Below, one piece after another: positions 15,471 to 23,902 of a stretch of 25,312 nucleotides of DNA. Location of the stretch: IMG/VR virus record IMGVR_UViG_648276668_000012; one strand, given 5' to 3'. Numbering within the stretch: the stretch's first letter is position 1; each line of letters begins with the position of its first letter. Under the pieces are notes generated by a model, which did not search any database, was not told where the DNA came from, and saw only the letters and a program-made list of their open reading frames with translations. The translations under genes and the position numbers were made by a program. Source of the stretch: a virus (lineage: Duplodnaviria; Heunggongvirae; Uroviricota; Caudoviricetes).

Positions 15471-16529
15471 ATGAAGAAGAATACCCGCTTTGCTTTTAAC
15501 GCTTACCTGCAGCAGCTGGCGCGTCTGAACGGTGTGGCAGTTGAAGAACTGTCCAGCAAATTCACTGTGGAGCCGTCTGTGCAGCAGACGCTGGAAGACC
15601 AGATCCAGCAGTCCGCCGCTTTCCTGACGCTGATTAACGTCACGCCAGTGACTGAGCAGTCCGGTCAGCTGCTGGGGCTGGGTGTTGGCAGCACCATTGC
15701 CGGAACCACTGACACCACCGCGAAAGAGCGTGAACCTGTCGATCCGACGCTGATGGTCGATGTGGAATATAAATGCGAGCAGACCAACTTTGACACGGTG
15801 CTGACCTACGCGAAGCTGGACCTGTGGGCGAAGTTTCAGGATTTCCAGGTGCGTATCCGTGACGCCATCGTGAAACGTCAGGCACTGGACCGCATCATGA
15901 TCGGCTTTAACGGCGTGAAGCGTGCGAAAACCTCCAACCGTAGTGAAAACCCGCTGCTGCAGGATGTGAACAAAGGCTGGCTGCAGAAAATCCGTGAGGA
16001 TGCACCGGATCACGTCATGGGCAGCACCACCACGGGCGGCGAAACCACACCGGGTGCGGTGAAAGTCGGGAAAGGTGGCGAATATGCCAACCTGGACGCT
16101 GTAGTGATGGATGCGGTCAATGAGCTTATCGACGTGGTCTACCAGGATGATGACGATCTGGTGGTGATTTGCGGTCGTGAACTGCTGTCTGACAAGTATT
16201 TCCCGCTGGTCAACAAAGAGCAGGAAAACAGTGAAAAACTGGCTGCCGATATGATCATCAGTCAGAAACGCATGGGTGGCCTGCAGGCCGTGCGTGCGCC
16301 GTTCTTCCCGCCGAATGCGCTGCTGATCACCCGTCTGGATAACCTGTCCATCTACTGGCAGGAAGACACCCGCCGCCGTTCAGTTATCGACAACCCGAAA
16401 CGTGACCGGATTGAAAACTTTGAATCCGTTAATGAAGCCTATGTGGTTGAGGACTACCGCTGCGCCGCACTGGTGGAAAACATCCAGATTGGCGATTTCA
16501 GCGCCGCCGCAGCAGAAACCGGAGCGTAA
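15471..16529 (+). CDS. N: Major capsid protein gpN
   Basis: 352 aa at the P2 N position, with P2-type size. Confidence 0.9.
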   Translation: MKKNTRFAFNAYLQQLARLNGVAVEELSSKFTVEPSVQQTLEDQIQQSAAFLTLINVTPVTEQSGQLLGLGVGSTIAGTTDTTAKEREPVDPTLMVDVEYKCEQTNFDTVLTYAKLDLWAKFQDFQVRIRDAIVKRQALDRIMIGFNGVKRAKTSNRSENPLLQDVNKGWLQKIREDAPDHVMGSTTTGGETTPGAVKVGKGGEYANLDAVVMDAVNELIDVVYQDDDDLVVICGRELLSDKYFPLVNKEQENSEKLAADMIISQKRMGGLQAVRAPFFPPNALLITRLDNLSIYWQEDTRRRSVIDNPKRDRIENFESVNEAYVVEDYRCAALVENIQIGDFSAAAAETGA

Positions 16530-16532
16530 TCC

Positions 16533-17183
16533 ATGAGCCTGAGTCCCGCACGGCAGCATCGCCTGCGCGTTCAGGCTGAACAGGCCGCCCGCGAGGGCGG
16601 CAGTGTTCGCCACGCGTCGGGCTATGACCTGATGCTGCTGCAACTGGCGGAAGACCGCCGCCGTCTCAAGGGCGTTCAGTCCACGGTCAAAAAAGCGGAA
16701 ATCAAGGTGGAGCTGCTGCCGAAGTACGCCGCCTGGGCGGAGGGTGTCCTGGCTGCCGGAGGCGCTCAACAGGATGACGTGCTGATGTACGTGATGCTGT
16801 GGCGTATTGATGCCGGAGATTATGCCGGGGCGCTGGAGATTGGGCGTCATGCCCTGCGTCATGGCTGGGTGATGCCGCTGGGTAACCGCAACGTGCAGAC
16901 CGTGCTGGCAGAGGAAATGGCAGACGCGGCGCAGAGCGCAATGCTTGCCGCCACCGGCTTTGATGCTGATCTGTTGCTGCAGACGCTGGAGCTGACAGAC
17001 GGTCTGGATATGCCGGACCAGTCACGGGCGCGTCTGCATAAAGCGATTGGCGCGGTCCTGAGTGAAAGCAATCCGGCTTCCGCCCTTAATCATCTCAACC
17101 ATGCGTTACAGCTCGATCCCCGCTGTGGCGTGAAAAAAGACAAACAGCAGCTGGAGCGCAGACTGCGCAATGACAGCCGCTGA
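16533..17183 (+). CDS. M: Terminase small/endonuclease subunit gpM
   Basis: 216 aa at the P2 M position. Confidence 0.85.
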   Translation: MSLSPARQHRLRVQAEQAAREGGSVRHASGYDLMLLQLAEDRRRLKGVQSTVKKAEIKVELLPKYAAWAEGVLAAGGAQQDDVLMYVMLWRIDAGDYAGALEIGRHALRHGWVMPLGNRNVQTVLAEEMADAAQSAMLAATGFDADLLLQTLELTDGLDMPDQSRARLHKAIGAVLSESNPASALNHLNHALQLDPRCGVKKDKQQLERRLRNDSR

Positions 17184-17277
17184 CAGAACGTGCCCCGCGC
17201 ACGGGCGGCACGGGGTGGCGAAAGGCACAGCCACATCAAAACTCCGTCCACCGCCCTCTATTTCAGGAGAAAGCAGC

Positions 17278-17742
17278 ATGAAGTTTGTTGCGCCAGAACA
17301 GGCACCGGAACAGGCGGAAATCATCAGAAATACGCCGTTCTGGCCTGATGTGGACCTGTCGGAGTTTCGCAGTGTCATGCGCACTGACGGCACGGTGACG
17401 CAGCCGCGTTTAAAGCAGGTTGCGCTGTCGGCAATTTCGGAGGTCAACGCAGAGCTGTATGAGTTTCGCAGACGCCAGCAGATGCTGGGGTATGCGTCGC
17501 TGGCAGAGGTTCCGGCGGAACAGCTGGACGGGAAAAGTGAGCGCATTCAGCACTATTTCAACGCGGTTTACTGCTGGGCACGCGCCATGCTCAACGAACG
17601 ATACCAGGACTATGACGCCACGGCATCCGGTGTGAAGCGAGGCGAAGAACTGGCGGAAGCCAGCGGTGATTTGTGGCGTGACGCCCGCTGGGCCATCAGC
17701 CGGGTGCAGGACGCGCCGCACTGCACAGTGGAGCTTATCTGA
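17278..17742 (+). CDS. L: Head completion protein gpL
   Basis: SD AGGAG lies 8 nt upstream of the ATG at 17278, giving 154 aa. The track ORF starts earlier, at 17170. Confidence 0.85.
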   Translation: MKFVAPEQAPEQAEIIRNTPFWPDVDLSEFRSVMRTDGTVTQPRLKQVALSAISEVNAELYEFRRRQQMLGYASLAEVPAEQLDGKSERIQHYFNAVYCWARAMLNERYQDYDATASGVKRGEELAEASGDLWRDARWAISRVQDAPHCTVELI

Positions 17743-17945
17743 TGAAAGTGCGTGCGCATCAGTATGACACGGTGGACGCGCTTTGCTGGCGTCATTACGG
17801 GCGCACGCAGGGTGTCACGGAGCAGGTACTGAAGGCAAATCCGGGGCTTGCCGAATACGGCCCCTTTTTACCTCACGGGCTGCAGGTGGAGCTGCCGGAC
17901 ATTCCGACCACCACCACTGTGCAGACCGTCCAGTTATGGGACTGA
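17742..17945 (+). CDS. X: Tail protein gpX
   Basis: 67 aa, MKVRAHQYDTVDALCWRHYGRTQGVTEQVLKANPGLA, matching the P2 gpX pattern. Confidence 0.9.
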   Translation: MKVRAHQYDTVDALCWRHYGRTQGVTEQVLKANPGLAEYGPFLPHGLQVELPDIPTTTTVQTVQLWD

Positions 17946-17948
17946 ATT

Positions 17949-18164
17949 ATGACGCTTGAGCGAATCAGCGCCTTTATCACGTATTGCATCGCCGTCGTGC
18001 TGGCCTGGCTGGGCGATTTGTCCATCAAGGATGCCTCCACGCTGGGCGGCCTGATGATCGGTGTGCTGATGCTGGCTATCAACTGGTACTACAAACACAA
18101 AGCCTACCAGCTTCTGCGCGACGGGCAGATCTCGCGGGAGGACTATGAATCCATCAATCGTTAA
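17949..18164 (+). CDS. Holin (gpY position)
   Basis: 71 aa with two hydrophobic helices and a charged C-terminus. It sits immediately upstream of the endolysin. Confidence 0.8.
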   Translation: MTLERISAFITYCIAVVLAWLGDLSIKDASTLGGLMIGVLMLAINWYYKHKAYQLLRDGQISREDYESINR

Positions 18165-18657
18165 AGGCTGCCTTGTCGGGGCCGTGCTGGCTATTGCTGC
18201 CACGCTGCCGGGTTTTCAGCAGCTTCACACCTCCGTGGAGGGGCTGAAACTGATTGCCGATTACGAAGGTTGTCATCTGCAGCCGTATCAGTGCAGCGCG
18301 GGTGTCTGGACCGACGGCATTGGTAATACATCTGGCGTCATTCCAGGCAAAACCATTACGGAACGACAGGCAGCGGAAGGACTGATCTCCAACGTGCTGC
18401 GTGTGGAGCGGTCACTGGAAAGGTGTGTGAAGCAACAGCCACCGCAGAAGGTGTATGACGCGGTGGTGTCATTTGCCTTCAACGTGGGAACGGGCAATGC
18501 CTGCAGCTCCACGCTGGTGAAATTGCTCAATCAGCGGCGCTGGGCGGATGCGTGCCGACAGTTGCCGCGCTGGGTTTATGTAAAAGGTGTGTTTAATCAG
18601 GGGCTGGATAACCGCCGTGCGCGGGAGATGGCCTGGTGTTTACAGGGAGCAAACTGA
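18145..18657 (+). CDS. GH24 lysozyme-type endolysin with an N-terminal signal-anchor-release (SAR)-like helix
   Basis: The N-terminus is CLVGAVLAIAATLPG. The catalytic region EGLKLIADYEGC...VWTDGIGNT shows an E-D-T triad pattern. The C-terminus C..LPRWVY..G....GL.NRRARE resembles P21-type lysozymes. Confidence 0.85.
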   Translation: MNPSIVKGCLVGAVLAIAATLPGFQQLHTSVEGLKLIADYEGCHLQPYQCSAGVWTDGIGNTSGVIPGKTITERQAAEGLISNVLRVERSLERCVKQQPPQKVYDAVVSFAFNVGTGNACSSTLVKLLNQRRWADACRQLPRWVYVKGVFNQGLDNRRAREMAWCLQGAN

Positions 18658-18658
18658 A

Positions 18659-19036
18659 ATGAAAAAGAAATTAATCAGCGGACTGTTTCTGATGTTATGG
18701 ATGGCGCTGTTAATCGCAGCAATGGTGTATCCGCAGGGGATTTTTCCGGTACTGGCAGCGTCCGGCGTTTGGGTAGCCTGTTTGCTGACATGGGCGGTAA
18801 TTCCGGTAGCACTGGCTGCGTTAATTAAGAATGGCCCGCTCTGGCAGGAGTTAAGGGCATCTTTGCTGAAGACAATTACCCGAAAAGAAAACGTATTTAC
18901 CAGTTGGGTGATGCGATTGCTGATTGTTGTAAGTCTCGCCTGGACGGGGTGGGCTATTACCCTGGTCTTTTATCTACTGACCGTTATTGCCTTCTGGATC
19001 ACCCGTAATCAGATGGCGCAACAGGTAGCAGCATGA
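18659..19036 (+). CDS. lysA: LysA-like membrane protein (lysis timing)
   Basis: 125 aa with four hydrophobic segments, at the P2 lysA position. Confidence 0.7.
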   Translation: MKKKLISGLFLMLWMALLIAAMVYPQGIFPVLAASGVWVACLLTWAVIPVALAALIKNGPLWQELRASLLKTITRKENVFTSWVMRLLIVVSLAWTGWAITLVFYLLTVIAFWITRNQMAQQVAA

Positions 19037-19461
19037 ACCGGTTGCTGCTGGTTGTGCTGACGTTATTACTGGCGGCGCTGGGCTGGCAGACGTGGCGGCT
19101 GGCTGATGCCAGCCAGACCATCAGCACGCAGGCAGACGAGCTGCAGAGCAAAAGCCAGGCACTGGCAAAGAGCAACAGCCAGCTTATCAGCCTGTCCATT
19201 CTGACTGAAACCAATAACCGGGAGCAGGTGCGGCTCTATGCCGAAGCAGAACAGACCAGCACGCTGCTGAGACAACGACAACACCGGATCGAGGAACTGA
19301 AACGTGAGAACGAGGATTTACGCCGCTGGGCTGATACTCCTTTGCCTGCTGACATTATCCGGCTGCGGAAACGTCCGGCACTCACCGGAGGTATGGCTTA
19401 CCGTCAGTGGTTGTCCGCGAGTGACGCCGTGTCGGCTGGATCAGGCAACGCCGCGCACTAA
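19033..19461 (+). CDS. lysB: i-spanin (Rz-like) LysB
   Basis: An N-terminal TM helix is followed by a coiled-coil region. ATGA overlap with lysA. Confidence 0.8.
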   Translation: MNRLLLVVLTLLLAALGWQTWRLADASQTISTQADELQSKSQALAKSNSQLISLSILTETNNREQVRLYAEAEQTSTLLRQRQHRIEELKRENEDLRRWADTPLPADIIRLRKRPALTGGMAYRQWLSASDAVSAGSGNAAH

Positions 19462-19594
19462 CGGTGATCTGAACGCGTTGCTGGATGAAACGGAGGCCGC
19501 CTGGGCGGTCTGTGCAGACAAAGTGGACATGATTATTGCGTGTCAGGAGCGAAACAGTGAACAAACCACAATCCCTGCGCCACGCCCTCAATAA
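19304..19594 (+). CDS. lysC: o-spanin (Rz1-like lipoprotein) LysC, overlapping the lysB 3' end in another frame
   Basis: GTG start at 19304 with SD GAGGA. Lipobox LTLSGC (Cys21). It extends past the lysB stop, as in the P2 lysB/lysC architecture. Confidence 0.8.
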   Translation: MRTRIYAAGLILLCLLTLSGCGNVRHSPEVWLTVSGCPRVTPCRLDQATPRTNGDLNALLDETEAAWAVCADKVDMIIACQERNSEQTTIPAPRPQ

Positions 19595-19988
19595 AGCGGT
19601 GCCTTATGTCCGCAATAACCCGGACAAACTGCATCTGTTTGTGGATAACGGTTCGCTGGTTGCCACGGGGGCCAGCTCCATGTCGTGGGAGTACCGTTAC
19701 ACACTGAACGCGGTGATTGAGGATTTCAGCGGCGACCAGAATCTGCTGATGGCCCCGGTTTTGCTGTGGCTGAGGGATAACCAGCCCGATGCCATCAATA
19801 ACCCGGCGTTACGGGAAAAGCTATTCACCTTTGAGGTGGATATTCTGCGCAACGATGTCTGTGATATCAGCCTGAACCTGCAACTGACGGAGCGTGTGCT
19901 GGTCAGCACTGACGGCAGTGTGTCGAGCGTTGAAGCTATAGCGGAACCTGATGCACCTGAAGAAATGTGGACGGTGAAACGTGGCTGA
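19557..19988 (+). CDS. R: Tail completion protein gpR
   Basis: SD AGGAG lies 6 nt before the GTG at 19557. The sequence VNKPQSLRHALNKAVPYVRNNPDKLHLFVDNGS is like the P2 gpR N-terminus. Confidence 0.85.
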   Translation: MNKPQSLRHALNKAVPYVRNNPDKLHLFVDNGSLVATGASSMSWEYRYTLNAVIEDFSGDQNLLMAPVLLWLRDNQPDAINNPALREKLFTFEVDILRNDVCDISLNLQLTERVLVSTDGSVSSVEAIAEPDAPEEMWTVKRG

Positions 19989-20427
19989 ACTGCAGAAGGT
20001 GGACGACTGGCTGAGTGCCTTGCTGGCGAATCTGGAACCAGCCACGAGAAGCCGCATGATGCGCCAGCTGGCGCAGGAACTTCGCCGGACACAGCAGCAG
20101 AACATCAGGATGCAGCGTAATCCTGATGGCAGCAGCTATGAACCGCGAAGGGTAACAGCACGCAGTAAAAAGGGGCGCATCAAACGTCAGATGTTTACAA
20201 AGCTTCGCACCACAAAATACCTGAAAACTGCCGCCAGCGCCGATTCTGCCAGCGTGCAGTTTGAAGGTAAGGTACAGCGCATTGCCCGTGTTCATCACTA
20301 CGGCCTGCGTGATCGCGTCAGTCGTAATGGTCCGCGAGTACACTATGCAGAGAGACGGCTGTTAGGGATAAATGCTGAAGTAATTAAGCTCATTCAAGAT
20401 ATGATATTTAGAGTCGTTACAAATTAA
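19981..20427 (+). CDS. S: Tail completion protein gpS, with its last ~20 codons encoded by AT-rich insert DNA
   Basis: 148 aa from a GTG start overlapping the R stop. Composition changes abruptly near 20365 (…RRLLG|INAEVIKLIQDMIFRVVTN). Confidence 0.8.
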   Translation: MAELQKVDDWLSALLANLEPATRSRMMRQLAQELRRTQQQNIRMQRNPDGSSYEPRRVTARSKKGRIKRQMFTKLRTTKYLKTAASADSASVQFEGKVQRIARVHHYGLRDRVSRNGPRVHYAERRLLGINAEVIKLIQDMIFRVVTN

Positions 20428-20445
20428 CACTTCGAAGCTAGTAAA

Positions 20446-20475
20446 AATTAGAGTGACATAATTGCCACTCTAATT
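20446..20475. terminator. Hairpin between convergent genes (bidirectional terminator candidate)
   Basis: AATTAGAGTG (20446-20455) pairs with CACTCTAATT (20466-20475) across a 10-nt loop. On the minus strand it is followed by a T-run. Confidence 0.5.
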
Positions 20476-20482
20476 AATGCGT

Positions 20483-21427
20483 TTAAATTTCGGATTTGGT
20501 TTCAAGGTTTCTCAATGTATTCGGTATCAATGTTTCACTGAATCCAGAAAGCGCACAAATCACATAAATGGAGAATGAGATGTCACTACTATTATTCATA
20601 AACCCGAAGATAATATTCCCCTTGAGCATAAAGTATACAAGTACGCCAGCCATCATTGAAAGGAGTATTCTCTCCGCACCATAGAAGAAATAAGTTTTCT
20701 TTTTTAGTTCTCTGTCTGTATGGAGGCTTTTTATTTTTAGGGATACAGAAATAAACCCCCCGATGGAAGCAAAGGAAGCGGCGTATAACACCACTGGAAT
20801 AAAGTGATTAGCTTTTATGAAATTAGAATCTCTAGCCAAATATGTTATCAATGCAAGGATGATGAATATCAATGCTAAAGTTATGGCTCCTGATTGATAT
20901 AAATTCCTTCCAAGCATTGTGTTTTCATAATCGTTTTTAATGTCTCTATTTATTGCGGCGAAGTTATTTTTGTTTATATCATTTTTTCCAAGTATTGTTG
21001 CTGACATAACTGTTGCTGCTCTTTTTTTATAAATAGAAGAGCAGTTGTATTTGTAGCAATGTGAAATAAACTCATCAAAGTGCTCTTTTGAAGCATGATA
21101 TCTATCAATCTTACTGTCATCCTCCTCAATGATTGAGTCTATGAAAACGAGCATAGACTCATGAGGCGGAAGATTGGCTACTTCATAAATGACATATTCA
21201 TCCCCACGTGAATAAATTTTACTTATGGTGTTTCCACCCAAATCTGTTCCACCAACGACGTATTTGCCAATTCTTTCTTGCTGTTTTTTTTTGTATTCAT
21301 CCCTCTCCTTCTTTGTAGGTGGGGGATTGATGGGATCATTCATTGCATCCATGGGGACAATATTATCTTGCTCAGCTGCTTCTGGGGTATTGGTGTTAGT
21401 TGTCATTTTTTGTGTAGTTAATGTCAC
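20483..21427 (-). CDS. Cargo membrane protein: ~170-aa soluble N-domain plus a C-terminal 4-TM module
   Basis: TM segments are AITLALIFIILALITYLA, FIPVVLYAASFASIGGFISVSL, ILLSMMAGVLVYFML and FSIYVICALSGFSETLI. The gene is very AT-rich and on the opposite strand to its late-gene neighbours, at the P2 orf30 position. The start is uncertain (GTG 21427 or ATG 21406, neither with a clear SD). Confidence 0.6.
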   Translation of the reverse strand: MTLTTQKMTTNTNTPEAAEQDNIVPMDAMNDPINPPPTKKERDEYKKKQQERIGKYVVGGTDLGGNTISKIYSRGDEYVIYEVANLPPHESMLVFIDSIIEEDDSKIDRYHASKEHFDEFISHCYKYNCSSIYKKRAATVMSATILGKNDINKNNFAAINRDIKNDYENTMLGRNLYQSGAITLALIFIILALITYLARDSNFIKANHFIPVVLYAASFASIGGFISVSLKIKSLHTDRELKKKTYFFYGAERILLSMMAGVLVYFMLKGNIIFGFMNNSSDISFSIYVICALSGFSETLIPNTLRNLETKSEI

Positions 21428-21428
21428 A
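21411..21428 (+). promoter_or_regulatory. TGT-N12-ACA dyad upstream of V (candidate PV activator site)
   Basis: TGTgtagttaatgtcACA. The centre is only ~55 bp from the V ATG, so the spacing is not ideal. This pattern is expected by chance a few times in 25 kb. Confidence 0.25.
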
Positions 21429-21474
21429 AGGAAAGTGGATATAAATATACAAATAGTACAAATAAAATCAACTT

Positions 21475-22053
21475 ATGAACGCACAACTGACTGAAATCAT
21501 GCGCCTTATCACCAATCTGATCCGCACAGGTGTAGTCACCGAAGTGGACCGGGAGAACTGGCTTTGCCGGGTGAAAACGGGCGACCTTGAAACCAACTGG
21601 ATCAGCTGGCTGACCCTGCGTGCCGGGAATGCCCGCACATGGTGGAAACCATCGGAAGGTGAGCAGGTGGTGCTGCTGAGTCTGGGCGGCAATCTGGAGA
21701 CCGCCTTTGCGCTGCCCGCTGTCTATTCGAATCAGTTCGCACCACCGTCGACGTCGGCGGACGCCTGCGTGACAGAACATCCTGACGGTGGCTGGTTTGA
21801 ATACGAACCCGCCACCGGGCGCTGGTATGTCAGGGGCATCAAATCAATGGTCATTGAGGCCGCTGACAACATCACCATGAAAACCAGTGAGTTTGTACTG
21901 GAGGCTGACCGCACGCGCATTAACAGCGAAGTGGTGATCAATGGTGGCGTTAACCAGGGCGGCGGAGCGATGAGTTCTAACGGGATCGTGGTTGATGCGC
22001 ATCAGCATACTGGCGTCCTGAAAGGCGGCGATACAACCGGAGGCCCGGTATGA
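21475..22053 (+). CDS. V: Baseplate spike/assembly protein gpV
   Basis: The 192-aa sequence ...LIRTGVVTEVD...WLTLRAGNARTWWKPSEGEQVVLLSLGGNLETAF aligns by eye with P2 gpV. Confidence 0.9.
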   Translation: MNAQLTEIMRLITNLIRTGVVTEVDRENWLCRVKTGDLETNWISWLTLRAGNARTWWKPSEGEQVVLLSLGGNLETAFALPAVYSNQFAPPSTSADACVTEHPDGGWFEYEPATGRWYVRGIKSMVIEAADNITMKTSEFVLEADRTRINSEVVINGGVNQGGGAMSSNGIVVDAHQHTGVLKGGDTTGGPV

Positions 22054-22409
22054 CGCTTTATAGCGGGATGAACAATACCAGCGGCAAAGTCATTACTGAT
22101 ATTGATCATCTGCGCCAGTCGGTGCGGGACATTCTGCTGACACCGCAGGGTAGCCGTATTGCCCGCCGGGAATATGGTTCCCTCCTGTCGGTTTTAATAG
22201 ATCAGCCACAAAATCCGGCATTACGCCTGCAGGTCATGTCGGCAGTGTATGTGGCGCTGAGTCGCTGGGAGCCACGGCTGACGCTGGATTCCATCACCAT
22301 CAACAGCAACTTTGACGGTTCTATGGTGGTGGAGCTGACCGGGCGGCGGAATAACGGTGTGCCTGTGTCCCTTTCCGTATCAACAGGAGCAGAGAATGGC
22401 AGTGATTGA
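22050..22409 (+). CDS. W: Baseplate wedge protein gpW (gp25-like)
   Basis: 119 aa. ATGA overlap with V and P2 synteny. Confidence 0.85.
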   Translation: MTLYSGMNNTSGKVITDIDHLRQSVRDILLTPQGSRIARREYGSLLSVLIDQPQNPALRLQVMSAVYVALSRWEPRLTLDSITINSNFDGSMVVELTGRRNNGVPVSLSVSTGAENGSD

Positions 22410-23304
22410 CCTTTCGCAGTTGCCTGCACCGCAGATTGTGGATGTGCCGGACTTTGAGACGCTGCTTGCCGAACGCAAGGCAGAATTTGTGGCGCTTCAT
22501 CCGAAAGATGAGCAGGAAGCCGTGATCCGAACGCTGGAACTGGAATCTGAACCCGTCACTAAATTGTTGCAGGAGAACGCTTACCGTGAGTTGCTTCTGC
22601 GCCAGCGCATTAACGAAGCCGCGCAGGCGGTGATGGTGGCTTACGCGATGGGCGGCGATCTTGACCAGCTCGCTGCCAACTACAACGTGACACGCCTGAC
22701 GGTGACGCCTGCTGATAATGATGCTGTGCCGCCCGTTGCAGCTGTGATGGAAAGCGATGAAGCGTTACGCCTGCGTGTGCCTGCAGCCTTTGAAGGGCTT
22801 TCTGTTGCGGGGCCAACTGCAGCTTATGAATTTCATGCCCGAAGCGCCGACGGTCGGGTGGCGGATGCCAGTGCAACCAGCCCGGCACCTGCAGAGGTGG
22901 TGCTGACTGTCCTTAGCCGCGAAGGCGATGGAACTGCAGAAAAAGACCTGCTGGACGTGGTGGAAAAAGCTCTGAACAGTGAGAACGTCCGCCCGGTGGC
23001 TGACCGGCTGACGGTTCGCAGCGCAGAAATCATCCCGTATCGCGTGGAAGCCACCATTTTTCTCTATCCGGGACCGGAAGCAGAGCCGGTAATGGCAGCG
23101 GCAAAAGCCAGCCTGCAGAAGTACATCGCCAGTCAGACGCGTCTTGGTCGGGATATTCGCCGTAGCGCCATCTTTGCCGCCCTGCATGTTGAGGGTGTGC
23201 AGCGTGTGGAGCTGGCTTCTCCTCTGGCGGATGTGGTCCTGAACAAAACACAGGCGGCATCATGTACGCAGTGGAGCGTAACCAACGGAGGAACGGATGA
23301 ATAG
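22396..23304 (+). CDS. J: Baseplate wedge protein gpJ
   Basis: SD AGGAG lies 6 nt upstream of the ATG at 22396, giving 302 aa. Confidence 0.85.
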   Translation: MAVIDLSQLPAPQIVDVPDFETLLAERKAEFVALHPKDEQEAVIRTLELESEPVTKLLQENAYRELLLRQRINEAAQAVMVAYAMGGDLDQLAANYNVTRLTVTPADNDAVPPVAAVMESDEALRLRVPAAFEGLSVAGPTAAYEFHARSADGRVADASATSPAPAEVVLTVLSREGDGTAEKDLLDVVEKALNSENVRPVADRLTVRSAEIIPYRVEATIFLYPGPEAEPVMAAAKASLQKYIASQTRLGRDIRRSAIFAALHVEGVQRVELASPLADVVLNKTQAASCTQWSVTNGGTDE

Positions 23305-23902
23305 TCTGCTGCCACCGGGTTCAACTTCACTGGAGCGCCGACTGGCGCAAACCTGTAGCGGGATTTCTGATCTGCAGGTGCCGCTGCGTGACTTGTGGAA
23401 TCCGGCTACCTGTCCGGTCAGTTTCCTGCCTTATCTCGCCTGGGCGTTCTCTGTGGATCGCTGGGACGAGGGCTGGACAGAAAGCGTCAAACGCCAGGTA
23501 GTGAAGGATGCTTTTTATATTCATCAGCATAAAGGAACCACCAGTGCCGTGCGGCGGGTGGTGGAACCGTTCGGATTCCTGATCCGCATTATTGAGTGGT
23601 GGCAGACCGGAGAAACACCGGGCACGTTTCGCCTGGATATCGGCGTGCAGGACCAGGGCATCACTGAAGATACCTATCTGGAACTTGAGCGGCTGATAAG
23701 CGATGCCAAACCATGTAGCCGTCACATGAGCGGCATGTCCATCAATCTGCAGACCAGCGGTCCGCATTGGGTGGGGGCTGCCAGCTATCTTGGTGAAGAA
23801 ATCACGATCTATCCGTATATCAACGAAACAATTATTTCCGGCGGCACCGCGCATGAAGGTGGGGCGGTCCATGTTATTGACACAATGAGAGTGAATCCAT
23901 GA
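23297..23902 (+). CDS. I: Baseplate/tail-fibre attachment protein gpI
   Basis: 201 aa. It overlaps the J stop and the H start. Confidence 0.85.
   Translation: MNSLLPPGSTSLERRLAQTCSGISDLQVPLRDLWNPATCPVSFLPYLAWAFSVDRWDEGWTESVKRQVVKDAFYIHQHKGTTSAVRRVVEPFGFLIRIIEWWQTGETPGTFRLDIGVQDQGITEDTYLELERLISDAKPCSRHMSGMSINLQTSGPHWVGAASYLGEEITIYPYINETIISGGTAHEGGAVHVIDTMRVNP

Noticed and set aside
14974-17795. Minus-strand ORFs opposite O, N, M and L (14974-15369, 15351-16013, 16380-16862, 16702-17025, 17106-17546, 17410-17721 and others)
   Set aside because: They are antisense to a contiguous, translationally coupled late operon. The translations are Ser/Arg/Ala-rich and lack motifs.
21225-21780. ORFs 21225-21494 (+), 21424-21780 (-) and 21468-21692 (-) spanning the cargo/V junction
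   Set aside because: They overlap the better-supported 4-TM gene or gpV in other frames and have no start signals.
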